From Bacteroidota bacterium (GTDB lineage: Bacteria; Bacteroidota; Bacteroidia; Cytophagales; Amoebophilaceae): a stretch of 51,567 nucleotides of DNA. The position numbers and the translations under genes are program-made. The stretch covers positions 1 to 51,567 of the forward strand of contig JBCCTJ010000001.1 of NCBI GenBank assembly GCA_039198585.1, given 5' to 3'. Below are positions 47,421-51,567 of this stretch, one piece after another (position 1 is the stretch's first letter; every line of letters begins with the position of its first letter). Below the pieces are notes generated by a model that searched no databases, was not told the origin of the DNA, and saw only the letters and a program-made list of their open reading frames with translations.

Positions 47421-48017
47421 CTATCTAGTTAGGTCTCCTTCCCCATTCGAACTTGTCACTTTGTTAATTGTTTCTACAACTATATTGTGATTGGTATAAA
47501 TACATATATCAGCTGCTATATGCAAAGCCTCCTTAACAATTTCCATCGCTGTAAGGTGAGATGCATATTTCTTAAGTGAAAGAGCTGCTGCTTGTGCATA
47601 AGCACTGCCAGATCCTACTGTAGCAATCCCATTATCTGGTTGCATAACATCTCCTCCTCCTGTGAGAATTAAAATTTGCTGTTGGTCTATCACAACCATC
47701 ATGCTTTCTAACTTGCGTAGATAGCGATCTGTGCGCCATTCTTTAGCTAAACTAAGCGCCGCACGATAAAGGTTCCCTGCTTTTGCTTTGATTTGCGCTT
47801 GTAGTCTTTCCAATAAAGCAAAGGCATCTGCTGTAGACCCTGCAAACCCAGCCCATATTTTTCCATCAGCTAATGAGCGAATTTTTTTGACAGTACTTTT
47901 AACAACAGTATTACCTAAAGTAGCCTGACCATCTGCTCCAATCGCAATACTACCGTTGTGTTCTACTGCGATAACAGTTGTAGATTTAACTCTTTTGTTA
48001 AAATGTGTTTGTGACAT
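47421..48017 (-). CDS. hslV: ATP-dependent protease subunit HslV
   Basis: TTVIAVEHNGSIAIGADGQATLGNTVVKSTVKKIR, GFAGSTADAF and GSGSAYAQAAA. A 12-aa N-terminal extension precedes the catalytic Thr. Confidence 0.9.
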   Translation of the reverse strand: MSQTHFNKRVKSTTVIAVEHNGSIAIGADGQATLGNTVVKSTVKKIRSLADGKIWAGFAGSTADAFALLERLQAQIKAKAGNLYRAALSLAKEWRTDRYLRKLESMMVVIDQQQILILTGGGDVMQPDNGIATVGSGSAYAQAAALSLKKYASHLTAMEIVKEALHIAADICIYTNHNIVVETINKVTSSNGEGDLTR

Positions 48018-48130
48018 ATTGAAAAATTAACTTTCTGGAAAAGCACACCAAAATAGTAAGCAATTTTATGAACGATAAGCTCCTTAATTGAATTTAAAAC
48101 ATAGAACATTGAGCTTATTTTCTAACTGCG

Positions 48131-48203
48131 TGACTCCACTGGGGCTCGAACCCAGGACACCCTGGTTAAAAGCCAGGTGCTCTACCAGCTGAGCTATAGA
48201 GTC
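48131..48203 (-). tRNA. tRNA-Lys (TTT)
   Basis: The reverse complement GACTCTATAGCTCAGCTGGTAGAGCACCTGGCTTTTAACCAGGGTGTCCTGGGTTCGAGCCCCAGTGGAGTCA has anticodon loop CTTTTAA. Confidence 0.85.
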
Positions 48204-48397
48204 ATGAGACTATTAAACAAATAACCACACATCTAGTGCACAAGATTACTTATATTTCATCAAATATCAAAAAACGGGCTTCTAATAGTAGCGTCGTTAT
48301 CATAATAACGATAAAAAAATGTAAATTGGTTCGTCCTCATTAGTTATGTCCTAATTGTATTAAGTTGGGCTACAGAAACAGTGACAATCAATACAAT

Positions 48398-48832
48398 ATG
48401 AATTCAAAAGCATTTCCTTTAAGTGAAGAAGTACTTATCGTAGAAGATAGTAGAATAGTGCAGAGTATCATGAAAAAAACCATATCCTTGGTCACCAACA
48501 CAAAAATCCTGCAAGCTAATAATGGAGCTGAAGGACTTAAAATTGTAGAAGAAAGCCCCTATCTATTTAAAGCAGTTTTGCTTGACTTAGCAATGCCTGT
48601 TTTACATGGTGTAGAGTTTATGCATCACATCAGAGCACTTGATAATAATAAGGCTCAAACAGTAGTCATTGCTATTACTGGCAATCAAAGTAATCTATCT
48701 GATGCAGAAATGCAAGATATTGGACTCAATGGAGCTATTATTAAACCTATCGATATGAGCAAACTATTTGGTATTTTGGCAGAGATACCCAGTCATCCAC
48801 CTGATCATTGGTACGGAATTATCAAAAACTAA
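48398..48832 (+). CDS. Stand-alone response-regulator receiver (CheY-like) protein
   Basis: VLIVEDSRIV, AVLLDLAMPVLHG, VVIAITGN and GAIIKPID: all receiver signature positions are present. The ORF track starts at TTG 48365; the ATG at 48398 is likelier. Confidence 0.85.
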   Translation: MNSKAFPLSEEVLIVEDSRIVQSIMKKTISLVTNTKILQANNGAEGLKIVEESPYLFKAVLLDLAMPVLHGVEFMHHIRALDNNKAQTVVIAITGNQSNLSDAEMQDIGLNGAIIKPIDMSKLFGILAEIPSHPPDHWYGIIKN

Positions 48833-48892
48833 ACCGGGTTATCATAGAGTAGAAAAATAGGAATTTTGAGTAATCAACTTTATGTGAACGCT

Positions 48893-49327
48893 ATGCTCTA
48901 TCACTATACAGCAGGAGGAGTTATTGTTCGTAAAGAACAAAAACAATATTGGTATTTGGCAATTCTCAAACAACATGGTAATAGCCAAGAATGGACTCTT
49001 CCTAAAGGTCATATAGAAGTAGGAGAGAGTGCCCGGGAAGCAGCTATTAGAGAGATACGAGAAGAAACAGGTCTGTTTGATCTAAAATATATTGGTCGGT
49101 TAGGCAAGCATGTTTTTTCTTATAGTGAGCAAAATAACGATCATACAAAGTATGTGGATTGGTATTTGTTTGAAACGAATAATAGTCAAATAATACCTAG
49201 TAAAGAAGAAAATATTCTAGCAGGCAAATGGGTAACTTATCAGCAAGCAAAATCCCTTATAACCTATGCAAATATGTTACCTTTTTTGCAACATGCTTAT
49301 GAGATGTTGGTAGAAGAAGATAAATAG
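48893..49327 (+). CDS. NUDIX hydrolase
   Basis: Complete Nudix box GHIEVGESAREAAIREIREETGL. The ORF track starts at TTG 48866; an in-frame ATG lies at 48893. Confidence 0.85.
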   Translation: MLYHYTAGGVIVRKEQKQYWYLAILKQHGNSQEWTLPKGHIEVGESAREAAIREIREETGLFDLKYIGRLGKHVFSYSEQNNDHTKYVDWYLFETNNSQIIPSKEENILAGKWVTYQQAKSLITYANMLPFLQHAYEMLVEEDK

Positions 49328-49330
49328 TTT

Positions 49331-50020
49331 ATGCAAAAATACAAGGGAGGTATTTATCAAATGTCTCCATGGCTTACGTTTAGAAATAAGATATTAAAGC
49401 TAGATGCCTATCGTTGTGTGCGATGCGAACAAACATTGCACAATCGTTCACTTCAAGTACATCACAAATATTATATCCAAGGAAGAATGCCTTGGGAATA
49501 CCCCATTCAAGCTTGCTTAGTGCTCTGTCGATCTTGTCATGCGCAATATCATGGCAAAATAAGACCTAGAAAAGGATGGCAGTATATGGGATATCATATT
49601 TGCAAAAAGGGTAAAGAGAAATGCGGTAACTGTGCTACCCCTATTAAGCACTGTTATTTCCTTTTTCATCCTCAATGGGGTACTTTATTGACTGGAGAGA
49701 TATGCTGTAATCAGTTAACCAAAACTTACTATGCTTCTTCTCAGAAAAAGAAAGAAAAGAAAAGAGCTACTTACCTAGCAAACAGCAAATGGATAAAAAC
49801 AGAAAAAGCTAGAATAGAAAGAAGGTACAAAGGAAGACATATTATCATATTCGCCTATCAAGGATTTTTTTTCTTAAAAATAGATCATCGGTTAGGTAAA
49901 AAAAAATTTGCCTCTTATGTCCAAGCTAAAAATCATGCTTTCAATATTATTCAAGACGGTATTTTAGAGTTATATGAAGCAAATCAAGCTTCTTCCATAA
50001 CTTTCTCTCTTGGAAAATAA
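49331..50020 (+). CDS. HNH endonuclease domain protein with a Cys-rich central region and a basic C-terminal domain
   Basis: CVRCEQ...LQVHHKYY...LCRSCHAQYH (CxxC...HH...CxxCHxxxH) followed by CGNCATPIKHC. The start lies 3 nt after the NUDIX stop. Confidence 0.75.
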   Translation: MQKYKGGIYQMSPWLTFRNKILKLDAYRCVRCEQTLHNRSLQVHHKYYIQGRMPWEYPIQACLVLCRSCHAQYHGKIRPRKGWQYMGYHICKKGKEKCGNCATPIKHCYFLFHPQWGTLLTGEICCNQLTKTYYASSQKKKEKKRATYLANSKWIKTEKARIERRYKGRHIIIFAYQGFFFLKIDHRLGKKKFASYVQAKNHAFNIIQDGILELYEANQASSITFSLGK

Positions 50021-50147
50021 CTAGAAATTTGCTTAATAAAACACAAAATAGACATAATAGCACACCTTACTGTTGTTTTTAATTCTAAAAATTTCATTAT
50101 TGTTTATTAATGAATATTTTTCGTACATTAAAATTTAATTTATAATC

Positions 50148-51209
50148 ATGAAAATACAAATAAAATACATATTAGCCTATTTATTAATAGGCATTATTAC
50201 TAGACCATGCGGTATTACCTTTGCTTCTTCTGCTGAAGTTAATAGTCAGCAGCAACTGTCAAGTAGTGAACATGATGAGGAAACTTTGTCAGATGATCAA
50301 CAAGAAAAAACAAGAGTAATAAATATTCAGAACAGCCACAATAAGACAAATGCTAAGCAACTGGCGCAACTCTTAGAAGATATTTTAACAAAACTAAAAT
50401 CTTCTAAAAAAAACGAGTTAATCAATTCCAAAAAACTTGCAACATTAGTAAATAAGCATGAGCTTTTACAAAAAGTATGTCAAAGTACTCTTGGAGGCAA
50501 GCGGATCAAACGTGAAGATAAGTACAAACTAATTAAGCTATTTGCTAAAACATGTGACACCAAAATACTTCACAAGCAAATCAACAGTAATGATTATAAA
50601 ACAACCCCATTTCTAAAACTAAGAAATCAAAAGTGGACTAAGGGGTGTCTACTCTTACTTCGCTATCAACTTATCAGTTATGGTGACTGTCTTGTCCTGG
50701 GGGATTACTATCATTGGGATAGTAAGAATAGTAAAAAAGGTAAAGTTGCTCAAAGGCGTCTTTTTGATAAAAAGTTTTACTTGGGAGAAAATAAGAAGTT
50801 AGACGAAAAAGCTATTTTAGGAGGATTTACGCTTCTTACTAAGCATGTAGCATCTGTACAGTCAAAACGTGATTGTTCTAGAATAAGCTCTGCTCTAGCA
50901 TCTATGGTTGATTATGCAATTCGAAATAAGTTATTTCACAAAAAAATATTTGAAGACACAAGTAATAGTATAAAAAAACTATGGGAACAACTAAAAGCAC
51001 TTGAGTTTACAAGCAATGAAGATGACAATAAAGAACATACAGATAGCGATAGTAGTAATGATGAAGAAGATAATCCTCAGCAAGAGCTTGGGGAGTCACT
51101 AAAAAATATCGAAAAAAATTTATTAAAAATAGCCAAAATACCTCTAAAAAATAAAGGTATAGTCGCTGTGAAAGAACCTAACGAAGAAGTAATAACAGAT
51201 GTCAATTAG
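50148..51209 (+). CDS. Secreted ORFan with an acidic C-terminal tail
   Basis: Signal peptide (ILAYLLIGIITRPCGITFASSA). No recognisable catalytic motif. An acidic tract DDNKEHTDSDSSNDEEDNPQQE lies near the C-terminus. Confidence 0.6.
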   Translation: MKIQIKYILAYLLIGIITRPCGITFASSAEVNSQQQLSSSEHDEETLSDDQQEKTRVINIQNSHNKTNAKQLAQLLEDILTKLKSSKKNELINSKKLATLVNKHELLQKVCQSTLGGKRIKREDKYKLIKLFAKTCDTKILHKQINSNDYKTTPFLKLRNQKWTKGCLLLLRYQLISYGDCLVLGDYYHWDSKNSKKGKVAQRRLFDKKFYLGENKKLDEKAILGGFTLLTKHVASVQSKRDCSRISSALASMVDYAIRNKLFHKKIFEDTSNSIKKLWEQLKALEFTSNEDDNKEHTDSDSSNDEEDNPQQELGESLKNIEKNLLKIAKIPLKNKGIVAVKEPNEEVITDVN

Positions 51210-51210
51210 C

Positions 51211-51395
51211 TGACATCCTCTGGCCCCTAAAGGAGCGAGGTTCCCAATCGGCTATCGCCTCTTCTGTTTGCTGAAAAATCAGCAAAAGACCTTAGGATAG
51301 TTTAGGGAACATTACATACGACAATCTCACACCCGAGATAGACCCAGGGAAGTAGGCTGATGCCGACTACTCGATTGTTGAGCGCTTGGGTTAAA
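51211..51395. other. GC-enriched non-coding block (about 49% GC by hand count) with hairpins; possible structured RNA or IS leader
   Basis: No ORF. It contains the perfect hairpin tttgctga-aaaa-tcagcaaa (51267-51286) and shorter complementary pairs (cctc...gagg, gtag...ctac). It sits between the stop of 50148-51209 and a transposase start at 51451. Confidence 0.35.
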
Positions 51396-51450
51396 TCATT
51401 TAATTGTTTCAAAGTAAAAAAACAATTTTACACTTTTAAATTTTTTAATC

Positions 51451-51567
51451 ATGAATAAACAACAAAAAGAAATAAATCAAGTAACCTGGGAAGGTATAAA
51501 GCAACAAGCTGTAGAACGTATATTAGAGACAAAAGAATTATCAGGAAAAAAAGGTGCTATAACGCCC
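51451..51567 (+). CDS. IS256/Mutator-type transposase, N-terminal part (runs off the window)
   Basis: MNKQQKEINQVTWEGIKQQAVERILETKELSGKKGAITP: the GKxGAxTP motif is typical of the N-terminus of this transposase family. It resembles the fragment at 26533. Confidence 0.55.
   Translation, partial: MNKQQKEINQVTWEGIKQQAVERILETKELSGKKGAITP

Noticed and set aside
51335-51375. Resemblance of gctgatgccgactactcg to the 3' half of the fluoride (crcB) riboswitch (GCUGAUG.....UACUG).
   Set aside because: The required 5' partner (GGnGAUG plus a complementary pseudoknot strand) is not present at the right distance. The best complementary segment is about 125 nt away and pairs over only 4 bp. The downstream gene is a transposase, not a fluoride-related gene.
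1-51567. Search for CRISPR arrays, rRNA genes, prophage structural genes or secretion-system (sheath, tube, baseplate) genes.
   Set aside because: I saw no regularly spaced direct repeats, no rRNA-like conserved segments and no ORFs with capsid, tail or sheath motifs.

Overview
This is an AT-rich window (mid-30s % GC by eye, not computed). It looks like the chromosome of a Bacteroidota-type obligate intracellular symbiont. The gene content and organisation resemble Amoebophilaceae such as Candidatus Amoebophilus or Cardinium, but that taxon call is inference only. A conserved housekeeping backbone is present: comEC, atpG, rbfA, trmD, secG, rsmG, dnaX, nth, a dksA-like gene, gltX, gatB, nusB, rlmB, alaS, hslV, mscS-type, MATE and SDR genes, and four tRNAs (Met-type CAT, Val GAC, His GTG, Lys TTT). 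Three kinds of accessory material interrupt it. (1) Decayed mobile DNA: three copies or fragments of one IS256-family element, fragments of a second IS256-type transposase, an IS481-like pseudogene, and a 210-250 bp MITE-like repeat present three times. (2) Membrane-anchored or secreted ORFans with eukaryote-like or effector-like domains: a RING-HC finger protein, an NMNAT-like nucleotidyltransferase, a tandem paralogue pair, giant coiled-coil tail-anchored proteins, a Cys-pair beta-propeller, and a decayed OTU-like gene. (3) Two compact operons built from conflict-system parts. The strongest candidate for an undescribed system is the tightly coupled operon at 11090-13283: a cytoplasmic S8 subtilase, a receiver-like coiled-coil protein and an HNH nuclease. 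A second operon at 48365-50020 (receiver, NUDIX, HNH) has a parallel logic. Other points of interest are an ACP homologue lacking the phosphopantetheine serine, an E. coli-like A_AAA_AAG slippery heptamer in frame in dnaX, and a roughly 3.3 kb stretch of pseudogenes at 30.3-33.3 kb. No CRISPR array and no rRNA gene were seen. All functional calls rest on motifs read by eye in the ORF translations; no database search was possible.
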